Source of the DNA: Fibrobacteria bacterium
GTDB lineage: Bacteria; Fibrobacterota; Fibrobacteria; UBA11236
Length of the DNA: 23,605 nt
Assembly: GCA_050486505.1 (NCBI GenBank)
Contig: JBJHDK010000015.1
Coordinates: forward strand, 1 to 23,605
Reading direction: 5' to 3'
The position numbers were made by a program, and so were the translations under genes. Positions 10,406 to 20,155 of the stretch are shown piece after piece; position 1 is the stretch's first letter; the number at the start of each line of letters is the position of its first letter. The notes below the pieces were generated by a model. That model was not told the DNA's origin. It was given only the letters and a program-made list of their open reading frames with translations, and did no database searches.

Positions 10406-11485
10406 ATGATTCATCCCGTGGTGATGGCCGGAGGCAAGGGCGAACGCTTTTGGCCGTACAGCAATGCGCAGCACCCCAAGCAGCTTCTGCCATTGGTGAC
10501 GAAACGGTCGATGCTCGAGGACACGCTCTCGAACATCCGCGCGTTGGGCCGCACGGCGCCGGCGCGGCTGATCGTCAGCGCGAATCTGGAGAAGCCAGTG
10601 CGGGTGAAGACGCGGGGGATGAACGGCGTGCTGACCGTGGGTGAGCCTCGAGGCCGGAACACTGCTGCGGCGGTGGCGTTGGCGGCGCGCATGATCCAGC
10701 GCGTTGATCCGAAGGGGGTGATGCTGGTGCTTACGGCGGATCATGCCATCGGCCCGGCGAAGGAGTTCGCGCGCGCGATGAGGGCGGCCGCCGACGTCGC
10801 CGCGCGCGGCGACAGCCTGGTGACGTTCGGGATTGCGCCGACCCGCGCCGAAACGGGTTACGGCTATGTGGAGGCGGCGCGCGCTGCCGAAGAGGTCCGC
10901 GGACTCGAGACCTTCGCTGTGAAGGGGTTTCATGAAAAGCCTTCCGCGCAGAAAGCCGCGCGCTTCGTGCGCTCGGGGCGCTTCTACTGGAACAGCGGAA
11001 TGTTCGCGTGGCGCGTCGACTACCTGTGGGAACAGTTCCGCAAGCATTTGCCCGAAACCGCAGCGGTATTCGAGAAGGCGGGGGATCTCGATCCGGCCAA
11101 GCCTTCGTTCGGGGCCAAACTGAAAAAGATTTATGCGGCGATTCCCGACATTTCCATCGATTACGGGATTCTCGAGAAGGCCGAGAGCATTCGCATGGTT
11201 GTTCCGGAGTTCCGTTGGGATGACATCGGCGCCTGGGGGGCGCTCGACCGGCTTCACGCCGCCGACGCGCAGGGCAACCGCGCGGTCGGCACGGCCGTCC
11301 AGCTTGAATCCTCGAACGTGACAGCTTTCGCGGACGAGGGAATGATCGCCACCTTCGGCGTGAAGGACTTGCTCGTGGTGCGCCATGGCGGCGTGACCAT
11401 GGTGGTGCACAAGTCGCTGACCCCGCGCCTCAAGGAACTTGTCAAGAAGGTGGGGGAGAGGAAGGAGTTGGGGCGGTATCTTTAG
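10406..11485 (+). CDS. manC: mannose-1-phosphate guanylyltransferase (no C-terminal isomerase cupin), 359 aa
   Basis: Motifs VMAGGKGERFWP..PKQLL, EPRGRNTA, ADH, TGYGY, FHEKP, WNSGMF, SIDYGILEK, WDDIGAW. Confidence 0.93.
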   Translation: MIHPVVMAGGKGERFWPYSNAQHPKQLLPLVTKRSMLEDTLSNIRALGRTAPARLIVSANLEKPVRVKTRGMNGVLTVGEPRGRNTAAAVALAARMIQRVDPKGVMLVLTADHAIGPAKEFARAMRAAADVAARGDSLVTFGIAPTRAETGYGYVEAARAAEEVRGLETFAVKGFHEKPSAQKAARFVRSGRFYWNSGMFAWRVDYLWEQFRKHLPETAAVFEKAGDLDPAKPSFGAKLKKIYAAIPDISIDYGILEKAESIRMVVPEFRWDDIGAWGALDRLHAADAQGNRAVGTAVQLESSNVTAFADEGMIATFGVKDLLVVRHGGVTMVVHKSLTPRLKELVKKVGERKELGRYL

Positions 11486-11489
11486 GGAG

Positions 11490-11526
11490 TTAAGAATTAC
11501 GAATTAAGAATTACGAATTAAGAATT
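11490..11526 (+). repeat. heptamer tandem repeat (TTAAGAA/TTACGAA alternating, 5 units)
   Basis: TTAAGAA TTACGAA TTAAGAA TTACGAA TTAAGAA TT, starting just after the manC stop. Confidence 0.9.
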
Positions 11527-11620
11527 GAACACAAGAACGCAAGGCTTGTGCTTGTGTGAAGTATCCATGGGCATTGCACGCGAATCACCGAACTTCGTGT
11601 TTCAGAACACCCCCCCTCCC

Positions 11621-11644
11621 AATTCTTAATTCGTAATTCTCATT
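11621..11644 (-). repeat. inverted copy of the heptamer repeat (~3 units)
   Basis: Reverse complement AATGAGAATTACGAATTAAGAATT. It includes the TGA stop of the convergent gene. Confidence 0.85.
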
Positions 11645-12719
11645 TCTCCGCCATCCACTCCACCTCGAACAGCGGGTTGAGTTTCGAGGAATCGTAGATG
11701 GCTTCATCGTGCGTGAGCAGGGCCAGACAGCGCACTTCGGCGAGCGACGCGAAGTGGAGGCCGAACCCGTTGAAGGCGATGACGCCGCGCGCGCCTTCGA
11801 GTGCCGCAAGCATCGAGGAGAAGTCCGGTTCGCCGAAGACGGGCGCGTCGTGCCACGGCCCCTCGCGCGGCACGTCGCCTCCTCCGGGGTTCCAGACCAC
11901 GGCCCCCAAGGTGAATTTTTCCGGATGCCGCGCGCGAATGCGTTCCCGCAAGGTCTGGAAAAGATCTCTCGTCAAGGGGCGCCCCGTCGCGGCGTCTTGC
12001 ACGAAGAGCCAGGTCGTGGCCGGTGTGGCGCGCTTGGATTCCCACTCCTCCAGTGCTTCGAGGTGTCGCCCCGTGTCGGGAGTGATGCGCAGCCAGCGCT
12101 CTTGCGGATTGATTCCCGCATATCGCCACAGTGTATGGCATTGGAAAAAACGCGCCGCCAGCGGGGTCGCGGGATCGGGCTGCAAGAAGGTATTCGCGTA
12201 AGGTGCATCCATGGCGCCCTCCCAGGCGATGCGAACTTTCGCACCCGAGCTGCGGAGGGCGGCCTGAAGGGGCAAGGGGATCGGCGCGCGACTGAAGGAG
12301 ATGGTGGTATCGGGACCGAAGCGGCGCAGATTGGAGACGAGCGTGCGCATGGGGGGATCGTGCCAGGGCAGGGCGCCGCGGCTCCAGTCGAGCACGGCGT
12401 GCGGGAACAACCCCTGAACCAGGTCGCGGTCCGCTGTTTCGCACAGATGCACGCATTCCGTGCCCGACGGGAGCGCGTCGATGACCGCGCGCGCGGCGGG
12501 GAACGCGATCAGGATTTCCTCGCTGCGGTCGGGCCAGGCGAAGACAAGTTTGCGGGCATCGCGCAGGTCGGTGCTGAAATGGAAGGTCTCGGCGGTGCGT
12601 TTGTTCGAACTCTTGCGCAGCAGGTGCTTCCGCTTCCAACCCGCGGGCAGCGCGTTGAGGAGGCGCTGGGGAAAGCGCGTTCCCAGAATGAGGTCTGTGT
12701 TCGTGTCCCCGCCCGGCAT
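11640..12719 (-). CDS. divergent glycosyltransferase family 9 (heptosyltransferase)-like protein, ~359 aa
   Basis: SSGAKVRIAW and LAALEGARGVIAFNGFGLHFASLAEVRCLAL resemble GT9 motifs. Start is ATG 12719 or 12728. TTGAAA-N16-TAATAT lies upstream of 12719. Confidence 0.6.
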   Translation of the reverse strand: MPGGDTNTDLILGTRFPQRLLNALPAGWKRKHLLRKSSNKRTAETFHFSTDLRDARKLVFAWPDRSEEILIAFPAARAVIDALPSGTECVHLCETADRDLVQGLFPHAVLDWSRGALPWHDPPMRTLVSNLRRFGPDTTISFSRAPIPLPLQAALRSSGAKVRIAWEGAMDAPYANTFLQPDPATPLAARFFQCHTLWRYAGINPQERWLRITPDTGRHLEALEEWESKRATPATTWLFVQDAATGRPLTRDLFQTLRERIRARHPEKFTLGAVVWNPGGGDVPREGPWHDAPVFGEPDFSSMLAALEGARGVIAFNGFGLHFASLAEVRCLALLTHDEAIYDSSKLNPLFEVEWMAEK

Positions 12720-12791
12720 CCGGTACATATTAGCCTTGCAGGGGAGGCTTTCAAAGTCGCCCCAACACGTGCCGTTTCATAGTTTTGACCG

Positions 12792-13676
12792 ATGCCCAGA
12801 ATCCTCGTCACGGGACTGAACCCGGCTTGGCAGAATGTTTACCTGCTGCCGGACCTTCGACCCGAGGGCGTCCAGCGCGCGACGGAGTTTCACGCGTTGG
12901 CGAGCGGCAAGGGGATGAATGCAGCCAAGGTGTTGGCACGCCTCGGGCACGAAGTCTCCCTGCTGCAGGTTCTCGCGGGTGAAAACGGGCGCAGATGCCT
13001 CGAGGCGTGCGAGGAACTTGGCATCCGCAGCCTGCATGTCTGGTCGCAAGGAGAGACGCGTGTTTGTACGTCGCTGCTGCACGGAGGCGGGAAAACCGCC
13101 GAGGTCATCGCGCCTTTCCGCGCGATGCCGGTCGACCTTGCGCGCGAGTTGCCCGTCCTGCTTCCGCCCGGCGAGAGCTGGGATGCCGTGCTGGTCTGCG
13201 GCAGCATCCCCGACGGGCTCCCCGCGACCCTCTGCGCCGACATCGTCGCAAGGGCACCGTCCCCCCTCGTCATCTGGGACTCGGTCGCGCCATGGAACGC
13301 GGAGGTCGCCCCCCGCATCACCTGGCTCAAGGTCAACGCGGAGGAGTATGCGGCGCTGGCCTCCCTGCGTGAGGAGTTACCCGGAGCCCGTCAGGCCTTG
13401 GTCACCGCCGGTGCTGAGCCCGTGCATGTTCACGGGGGCGAGGCCGCGGGGCGCTACGTGCTGCCCGAACCCGGAGAAGTTTTGAATCCGGTCGGGGCGG
13501 GCGACACGGTGACCGCCATGTTGGCCGACGGGTTGCTGCGGGGGCTCGATGCGAGGGCGGCCGTGGCGCGCGCGCTGGCTGCCGCCGCGGCGAGCTGTCG
13601 CCACCCCTTGCCCGCGGAGTGGGATGCGACCGGCGCCGAACGCATCGAAAAGAAAATCCTGTGGACGCAAAAGTGA
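12792..13676 (+). CDS. PfkB-family carbohydrate kinase (1-phosphofructokinase-like), 294 aa
   Basis: Motifs GLNPA, GKGMNAAKVLARLG, GETR, CGSIP, LKVNAEE, NPVGAGD. Confidence 0.88.
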   Translation: MPRILVTGLNPAWQNVYLLPDLRPEGVQRATEFHALASGKGMNAAKVLARLGHEVSLLQVLAGENGRRCLEACEELGIRSLHVWSQGETRVCTSLLHGGGKTAEVIAPFRAMPVDLARELPVLLPPGESWDAVLVCGSIPDGLPATLCADIVARAPSPLVIWDSVAPWNAEVAPRITWLKVNAEEYAALASLREELPGARQALVTAGAEPVHVHGGEAAGRYVLPEPGEVLNPVGAGDTVTAMLADGLLRGLDARAAVARALAAAAASCRHPLPAEWDATGAERIEKKILWTQK

Positions 13677-14359
13677 CGGGATCGGTGCCCTGGCTGGTGT
13701 GTGCCGCCACGTGCGAGGAACTCGCCGCCTTCGGCATGGAGGGCGCTGAAGTTCTGGAAGATGGGCGGCTGTGGCGGATCCCGGAGGGAATCGCGGCCGC
13801 CACCGGCGTGGGCGTCCCGGTCGCGCTGCCACGCATGATCCGGTGGATCGACCGCTTCCGTCCCGCGCGCATTTTGCACGTGGGCATCGCCGGCGCCTAT
13901 CCGCGCGCGGGGCTCGCCCTCGGGGACGTGGTGGTGGCCGACTCCGAAGTCTTCGCCGACCTCGGCATGGAGCTTCCCGACCGCGAGGCGTTCCGCCCCC
14001 TCGGGGAGTTTCCGTTCTCAGATCCCGACTTCAGGGATCCGATCCCGCTTTGGATCCCGGAGTGGGCTCGTGGATTATCCCGCGCCCGCGGCGCCACCGT
14101 GAACCAGTGCGCGGGCACCGATCCCACGGGAACGCTGCGCCGCCGCCTCTTCGCCGCCGGCTTCGAGACGATGGAGGGCGCGGCCGTCGCCCTTGCGGCG
14201 CGCGATGCCGGCGTGCCCGTGTGCGAGATTCGTACGATCAGCAATTTCGCCGCGAGGCGCGACATGCGTTCGGAGAACGTCCTCGCCGCGCTCGAGGCGT
14301 TGGCGCGCTATTGGCGCACAAACCGGGGCCTGCTGCTGCGGGATGACCGCGATGTCTGA
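13673..14359 (+). CDS. mqnB: futalosine hydrolase (PNP/UDP-phosphorylase fold), ~228 aa
   Basis: GTG start overlapping the pfkB stop (GTGA). Motifs TGVG, VGIAGAY, EVFADLG, ATVNQCAG, ETMEGAAVA, EIRTISN. Adjacent to mqnD. Confidence 0.85.
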   Translation: MTGSVPWLVCAATCEELAAFGMEGAEVLEDGRLWRIPEGIAAATGVGVPVALPRMIRWIDRFRPARILHVGIAGAYPRAGLALGDVVVADSEVFADLGMELPDREAFRPLGEFPFSDPDFRDPIPLWIPEWARGLSRARGATVNQCAGTDPTGTLRRRLFAAGFETMEGAAVALAARDAGVPVCEIRTISNFAARRDMRSENVLAALEALARYWRTNRGLLLRDDRDV

Positions 14360-15146
14360 ACATGATACCCCGATGCGCGTGGGCATCTCACCGTGCCCGA
14401 ACGACGTGTTCATTTTCTCCGGGTGGATCCTGGAAGAAACGCCGGCACCCATCGCGGACTTTTTTTTCGACGACGTGCAGTCGCTGAACGCCCGTGCGCG
14501 CGAGGGGGACGGCGATTTGATCAAGGTCAGTTACGCGAACGTCCCTCATTGCCGTGGCTACGCCGCGCTGGCATGCGGTGGGGCGATCGGGCGCGGTTGC
14601 GGGCCTCTCCTGCTGACGGGTGGCGCGGCCTGGGATCCCGCCGCGGAGGTTTTGGTTCCGGGTGAGTTTACGACGGCGAACTTCCTGCTCGATGTTTGGG
14701 CCGGTCGCCTGCTGCGCAAGCGCTTCATTCCCTTCGACGCCCTCTATCGCGAGTTGCGCCGGAACCCTGCAGCGCAAGGGGTGGTGATTCACGAAATGCG
14801 CTTCACCTACGCGCGCGACGGGTTGAAACTGGTGCGCGACCTGGGTGAGCACTGGGAAGCGGTGACGGGGGCCCCGATCCCCTTGGGGGCGCTGGTTCGC
14901 AGGGAGTCCCCCCGGCTTCCCTCCATGGAGGTTTTGGAGGAGGCGGTGCGGAACAGCTTGAGCTGGGCGTGGAAAAACGAGAAAAAAGCCTTGGCCCTCT
15001 GCGCCCGGCATGCCCAGGACATGTCGCCCGAGGTACTTAAGGCGCATGTTGAACTGTATGTGAATGCGATGAGCCTGGATCTGGGGGAGGAGGGGAGGCA
15101 CGCCGTCAGCAGTTTTCTGGGAAGACTTGATCATCCGTTCATCTAG
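14352..15146 (+). CDS. mqnD: 1,4-dihydroxy-6-naphthoate synthase (futalosine pathway), ~264 aa
   Basis: Motifs GISPCPNDVFIF, KVSY, GGAIGRGCGPLLL, PGEFTTANFLL, VIHEMRFTY, DLGEHWE..PIPLG, HVELYVN. Overlaps the mqnB end. Confidence 0.93.
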   Translation: MSEHDTPMRVGISPCPNDVFIFSGWILEETPAPIADFFFDDVQSLNARAREGDGDLIKVSYANVPHCRGYAALACGGAIGRGCGPLLLTGGAAWDPAAEVLVPGEFTTANFLLDVWAGRLLRKRFIPFDALYRELRRNPAAQGVVIHEMRFTYARDGLKLVRDLGEHWEAVTGAPIPLGALVRRESPRLPSMEVLEEAVRNSLSWAWKNEKKALALCARHAQDMSPEVLKAHVELYVNAMSLDLGEEGRHAVSSFLGRLDHPFI

Positions 15147-15345
15147 GGCAAAGAAACGTTTGGGTGGAATCGCCAGGGCTTCAGTAGTCCGTTTTTGAGG
15201 AATTTCCGGGAACCTATGATTTTATTACGGAAAAAGTTCGTTTTAGTACTGCAGGATACCGGAAGAGGGGGTAAATTTGTCCCGGCGCAGGCCCCCGCTT
15301 TGGCGAGGGCCTCTGTTTTTGCACTAATCAATGAGGGAGATACGA

Positions 15346-17682
15346 ATGAAAACGTTGATGATTCTTGGGGCTGCATGCCTCTCCATGGTGGCGGCGGCTG
15401 TCGCCCAGCCTTATGCCAGCTGGGACCGCTACCGTGAAGTCACGATTAATACGACAAATGCGAACGGCGGGGCCAATGTCGCCGAGGCCGTCGAAAATTT
15501 CCCGGTGCTGGTTCGTCTTTCCACGTTCGGCGGAGCCGCCACCGGCGGCAACGTGCTGACGGAAGCCCTTGCTGGCGGCGCGGACGTGCGCTTCACTACC
15601 GCTGACGGAAGCACGGCCCTCCCTTATCAGATCGATTACTGGGGCGAATCGTCCGCGGCCATCTGGGTGCGCGTGCCGACCGTAGCCGGGAACGCGAATA
15701 CCACCATCCGCATGTACTGGGGCCGCGCCGGCGAGACCAGCGCGTCGAATGGCGCCGCGGTGTTCGATACGGCGGCGGGCTTCACTGGAGCTTGGCACCT
15801 TCACCAGAACGGCGGGGGTACCGGGAATGTTCTTGATGCAACCGCCAACGAGTTGCATTTCAACGGGCATGAAAACGTTCCGGCAGTGCCGGGCGTGATC
15901 GGCAACGCCCGTCACTACAATGCAAGCGAAGAAGACAACACCTTCTGGGTCGATAACTTCACCGGGGCGGCGAATGCCACCAAGGCCCAGAACTTCGTTG
16001 CAGCTGGCACCAGCACCTTCATCACCATCTCCGCCTGGGTGAACCCCCAGTTCAACAGCGGGCAAGACATCCAGGGCATTTTCGGTCACTACCGCTACAA
16101 CACCAACAACCGCAGCTATCACCTGTCCCTAGCCGGCAACCCTGCCGGCGCTGTTCGCATCAACACTTCGGCGAACGGTACGGCGGACCGCGTGGTGCAA
16201 ACCACGGGAACGCCGCTGGCGAACCTGAACCAGTGGTACCATGTGATGATGACCATCGAGAGCGGCGTCGCCGCGAACCAGCAGATCAAGGTATACGTCA
16301 ACGGTGAAGCCCAAGCCATGGCGAACCATGCTACCCAAGGGATTTTCGCCGGCAGCGTGGCCAACAACGCCGATCGTCCCTTCATCGGCGCCATGAATAC
16401 CCAGTGGAACCACCGTTTCGGCGGCTTCATCGATGAGTTGCAGTTCTCCAACGGCGTGGCGCGCTCCGCCGACTGGGCCAAGTTGAGCTACGAGACGCAG
16501 AAGCCGGGTGCTTCCGCCGTCACGCTCGGAGCCACGGTCGCACCGGGCCGCGCGTTGTACTACCCCCTCAAGAATGCGGTGTATCTCCTGAATACCGCCA
16601 TCGACGCCAACACCCCGGTGACCTCGGGAGCCGTGACGGGGAACTTCGCCATTACCCCCACCTCCCTGCCTGCGGGCCTGAGCTTCAACGCCAGCACGGG
16701 CGCCATCACCGGCACTCCCACGGCGACCACGACCACTGCGCAGGAGTATCGCGTGACGGCGACCGTCGGCGGCAATGCCGCGAGCGACACCATCACCATT
16801 TCCGTGACGGCCGGAACGCCTCCGAACCCGCCGACCAACGTCACGGGCGTAATGAGCAGCGGTCAGGTCCAGGTTTCCTGGTCGGCTCCCTTGGTGACGG
16901 GCAGCGCGCCCATCACCTCGTACGTCGTGCGCGCGGTCGAGGACACGAGCAAGACCTGCACTTGGACCACCGGCGATCTCACGTGCGCGGTGACCGGCCT
17001 GACCAACGGAACGGCCTACACCTTCACGGTGCGTGCCATCAGCGGCGCGGGCAGCAGTGATGCCTCCGCGCCTTCGGTGGCCATCACACCTGCCGGCCGT
17101 CCGGTCGCCCCCACCGGCGTTCAGGTCGAGTTGCTCTCCGGCGCCGGGCAGAACGCCACGGCCACGGTTTCCTGGACGGCTCCGACGTCCGACGGCGGCC
17201 TGCCGATTTCGGGAACGTTCGTGTTCGGCGAACCCTCGGGCGCCTGCTTCGCGCCGGCTCCCAACACCAGCTGCACGGTGTCGGGCCTCGCGTATGGAAC
17301 CCCTTACACCTTCCGCGCCGCGGCCTCGAACAGCGTCGGCATCGGGGATACCTCGGCGGCCTCCGCAGCCTTCACTCCTGTGTCCATTCTGCCGGGCAGC
17401 TTCGTGCTGCAGGCGACGGGATCGGCTCAGCCCTTCACCTTCGTGCTTTCGCAGGATGCGATCGCCAGCACGGATGCCTTCACGATGACGATCAGCGATG
17501 TCTGGGGACGCACGGTTTGGTCGCGGACGGTTCACCCCGCCCGCGACGGTAGCCGCGAGCTGACCTGGAACAGCCGCAACACCAGCGGCCAGGTCGTGTC
17601 CTCGGGCATGTACGTGGTGCGCGTGACGATGCAGAACGGGGCGAATGCCACCAACTTCATCGAGCGCACGGTCAAACGCTGA
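15346..17682 (+). CDS. secreted DUF2341-LamG-HePIG-2xFN3-sorting-domain protein, paralog 1 (778 aa)
   Basis: SD GAGGGAG, signal peptide MKTLMILG...AVA|Q, NFPVLVRL, GADVRFT, IWVRVP, MYWG, ISAWVNP, FIDEL, LPAGLSFNASTGAITGTP, GLTNGTAYTFTVRA, DVWGRTV..W...GQVVSSGMY. Confidence 0.88.
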   Translation: MKTLMILGAACLSMVAAAVAQPYASWDRYREVTINTTNANGGANVAEAVENFPVLVRLSTFGGAATGGNVLTEALAGGADVRFTTADGSTALPYQIDYWGESSAAIWVRVPTVAGNANTTIRMYWGRAGETSASNGAAVFDTAAGFTGAWHLHQNGGGTGNVLDATANELHFNGHENVPAVPGVIGNARHYNASEEDNTFWVDNFTGAANATKAQNFVAAGTSTFITISAWVNPQFNSGQDIQGIFGHYRYNTNNRSYHLSLAGNPAGAVRINTSANGTADRVVQTTGTPLANLNQWYHVMMTIESGVAANQQIKVYVNGEAQAMANHATQGIFAGSVANNADRPFIGAMNTQWNHRFGGFIDELQFSNGVARSADWAKLSYETQKPGASAVTLGATVAPGRALYYPLKNAVYLLNTAIDANTPVTSGAVTGNFAITPTSLPAGLSFNASTGAITGTPTATTTTAQEYRVTATVGGNAASDTITISVTAGTPPNPPTNVTGVMSSGQVQVSWSAPLVTGSAPITSYVVRAVEDTSKTCTWTTGDLTCAVTGLTNGTAYTFTVRAISGAGSSDASAPSVAITPAGRPVAPTGVQVELLSGAGQNATATVSWTAPTSDGGLPISGTFVFGEPSGACFAPAPNTSCTVSGLAYGTPYTFRAAASNSVGIGDTSAASAAFTPVSILPGSFVLQATGSAQPFTFVLSQDAIASTDAFTMTISDVWGRTVWSRTVHPARDGSRELTWNSRNTSGQVVSSGMYVVRVTMQNGANATNFIERTVKR

Positions 17683-17700
17683 TTCCAGCGAAACCCGACC

Positions 17701-17735
17701 AAAAAGGCCTCCCGGAGACGGGAGGCCTTTTTTTT
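17701..17735 (+). terminator. intrinsic terminator after paralog 1
   Basis: AAAAAGGCCTCCCG-GAGA-CGGGAGGCC followed by T8. Confidence 0.92.
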
Positions 17736-17872
17736 GCCCGCACCGTGATGCCCATATTTTCTCGCAAATCACCCGTGCAACCGGAGCGGGGGCCATAGAT
17801 TAGGGGGCGCGGGGACTTGGCGCTTCCGCCGGGCAGTTCTTCGTCGACGGCCCGAATGCAGGGGGAAACTTC

Positions 17873-20155
17873 ATGAGGAAGCTCGCAATGATGGCTGCGC
17901 TCGTCGCGCTGGCTGCAGGGGTCGCCCACGCGCAGGTCTATGGTGCCTGGGCCAAGTACAGAACTGTCATGATCAACACCACGTCGGCCAACGGCGGCGC
18001 CGGGGTGGAGACGACTCAGGCGGATTTCCCCGTCCTCGTGCGCTTGACCAACCAGGCGCTCTCCACAGGCGCGAATGCCTTGTCGGAGGCCCTGCCAAAC
18101 GGGGCCGACCTTCGCTTCTCCAACGCGACGGGAGATGTCGCCCTTGCCTACGAGATCGAGCACTGGTCGGCGTCGGGCGCCGACATCTGGGTCCGTGTGC
18201 CCTCGGTGGCGGGGAACGGTACCACGACGATCCGCATGTACTGGGGCAATTCGTCGGCTGTCAGCGAATCGAACGGCCCCGCCGTCTTCGACACGGCCAA
18301 TGGTTTCGCCGCCGTGTGGCACATGAACGGAGCCGGTGCGGGGGGGCAGGTCGACGAAGTCGATGCCACGGGCGGCGGACTGACGGCCACGCAATTCAGC
18401 ACCGGTGGCGGCAACCCCGCCAGCTCCGACGAAAACGGCGTGGGCTATTTCCGCGTCTTGTCCTCGTCGAGCAACACGGCCGGACAGGGCTTCACGACGA
18501 ACAACCCCGATCGTGCGAATTTCACGAGTTCCCAGAGTTACAAGGTGTCCGCCTGGGTGAATCCGACTTCCGTGGATCACAACGCGTATCCCACCATCGC
18601 CAGCAAGCACGACAACCTCTGGTCGTTGCGGGCCAACTCCGCTGCGGTCGGACCGTGGCTGTTCTTCTACGGGCCGACTCCGTGGCCGGGTGCGACTTCG
18701 AGCACCAGCGCGGTTCTGGGCCAGTGGCAGCATGTCGCCGGTGTTCGTGATGTCTCGGACAACTCCCTGCGGATCTACGTCAACGGCGTTCTCGCCGGGA
18801 GCAACACCAGTGCCGCGCCGGGCGGTACGCAACCGCAGAATACATCGGTGGCCATCGGGCGGCGCAGCGAAACCGCGGACCGGTTCTTCAACGGTGCCAT
18901 CAGCGAGGTGCGCGTCGAGGGAGTGGCCCGCACGGCGGACTGGATCAAACTCGAGTACGAAACGCAGAAACCCGGAGCAACCGCAGTCACGTTCGGGACG
19001 ACGGTGAGCGTGCAGGCACGCACGTTGTTCTATCCGCTCAAGCACGCCACCTACCTGCAAAACGTGGCGATCGAGAACAACGTTCCCGTGGTGCAGGGCA
19101 CTGCATCGGGGTTCACGATCAACCCGACGGGGCTGCCGGCAGGATTGTCCTTCAACACCACGACCGGCGTGATCTCGGGCACGCCTACGTCGATCGGCGC
19201 GGCACAGCAGTATATCGTCACGGTCAACCTCCAGGGCGGGGGATCCGGGGCCGATACCCTCACCATCGCCGTGACCGCGGGGAGCCCCCCCGGCGCACCC
19301 ACCAATGTGACGGCCGTTGCGGCTCCGGGACAGGCCACGGTTTCCTGGACGGCGCCGCTTTCGAGCGGTTCTTCCGCGATCACCGGGTACACCGTGCGCG
19401 CAGTGCAGGACACGAGCAAGACTTGTGCGTGGACCTCGGGACAGCTGAACTGCACGGTTGCGGGGTTGACCAACGGAACGGCCTATACCTTCACGGTGGT
19501 GGCGAGCAACGGCGTGGGACCCGGCCCGGTCTCGTCTCCATCGTCTCCTGTCACTCCCGCCGGGCGTCCGTCGGCGCCGACGAACGTGACGGTGGCCATC
19601 CTCTTGGCGACGGGAGCCACTGCCTCCGCGACGGTTTCATGGATGGCGCCGGCTTCGAGCGGTGGCATGCCCGTGACCGGAACCTTCGTGTTCGGGAGCC
19701 CTTCGGGGGCTTGTTTCGCGGCGCAGCCCAACACGTCGTGCAACGTCATCAACCTTGCGTACGGGACCGAGTACACCTTCCGTGCCGCGGCTTCGAATAG
19801 CGTCGGCATCGGAGACACGTCGACAGCATCGGCACCCTTCACGCCCACGCCGTCTTCCCTGCTGCCGGGGAGTTTCGCGCTGCAGGCAGGTGGGGCGGCG
19901 CGCCCCTTCACCTTCGTCCTGGCTCCCGAGGCGGTCGCCAGCACCGAGGCCTTTACCTTGTCGGTTCACGACGTGTGGGGGCGCACGGTGTGGTCGCGCA
20001 CGGTGCATCCCGCGAAGGACGGCACGCGTGAACTGGTCTGGGACAACCGCAACGCCAGCGGCCGCGTTGTTTCAGCGGGGCTTTACATCGTGCGTGTGTC
20101 GATGCTGAACGGCGGCCGAACCGTCGGCTTCATCGAACGGGCGATCACGCACTGA
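17873..20155 (+). CDS. secreted DUF2341-LamG-HePIG-2xFN3-sorting-domain protein, paralog 2 (760 aa)
   Basis: Same architecture as paralog 1. Signal peptide MRKLAMMAAL...AHA|Q. LamG motifs VSAWVNP, GQWQHVAGV, LRIYVNG, FNGAISEVRV. Confidence 0.88.
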   Translation: MRKLAMMAALVALAAGVAHAQVYGAWAKYRTVMINTTSANGGAGVETTQADFPVLVRLTNQALSTGANALSEALPNGADLRFSNATGDVALAYEIEHWSASGADIWVRVPSVAGNGTTTIRMYWGNSSAVSESNGPAVFDTANGFAAVWHMNGAGAGGQVDEVDATGGGLTATQFSTGGGNPASSDENGVGYFRVLSSSSNTAGQGFTTNNPDRANFTSSQSYKVSAWVNPTSVDHNAYPTIASKHDNLWSLRANSAAVGPWLFFYGPTPWPGATSSTSAVLGQWQHVAGVRDVSDNSLRIYVNGVLAGSNTSAAPGGTQPQNTSVAIGRRSETADRFFNGAISEVRVEGVARTADWIKLEYETQKPGATAVTFGTTVSVQARTLFYPLKHATYLQNVAIENNVPVVQGTASGFTINPTGLPAGLSFNTTTGVISGTPTSIGAAQQYIVTVNLQGGGSGADTLTIAVTAGSPPGAPTNVTAVAAPGQATVSWTAPLSSGSSAITGYTVRAVQDTSKTCAWTSGQLNCTVAGLTNGTAYTFTVVASNGVGPGPVSSPSSPVTPAGRPSAPTNVTVAILLATGATASATVSWMAPASSGGMPVTGTFVFGSPSGACFAAQPNTSCNVINLAYGTEYTFRAAASNSVGIGDTSTASAPFTPTPSSLLPGSFALQAGGAARPFTFVLAPEAVASTEAFTLSVHDVWGRTVWSRTVHPAKDGTRELVWDNRNASGRVVSAGLYIVRVSMLNGGRTVGFIERAITH
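19856..20155 (+). repeat. 300-nt direct repeat, copy A (sorting domain of paralog 2)
   Basis: 294/300 identical to 22447-22746 by manual alignment, no gaps. Confidence 0.95.

Noticed and set aside
11490..11644. CRISPR array
   Set aside because: 7-nt tandem units without spacers, and no cas genes.
17775..17785. GTGCAACCGG resembling the 3' end of a c-di-GMP-II riboswitch
   Set aside because: The rest of the aptamer is absent, and the site more likely lies in the promoter region.
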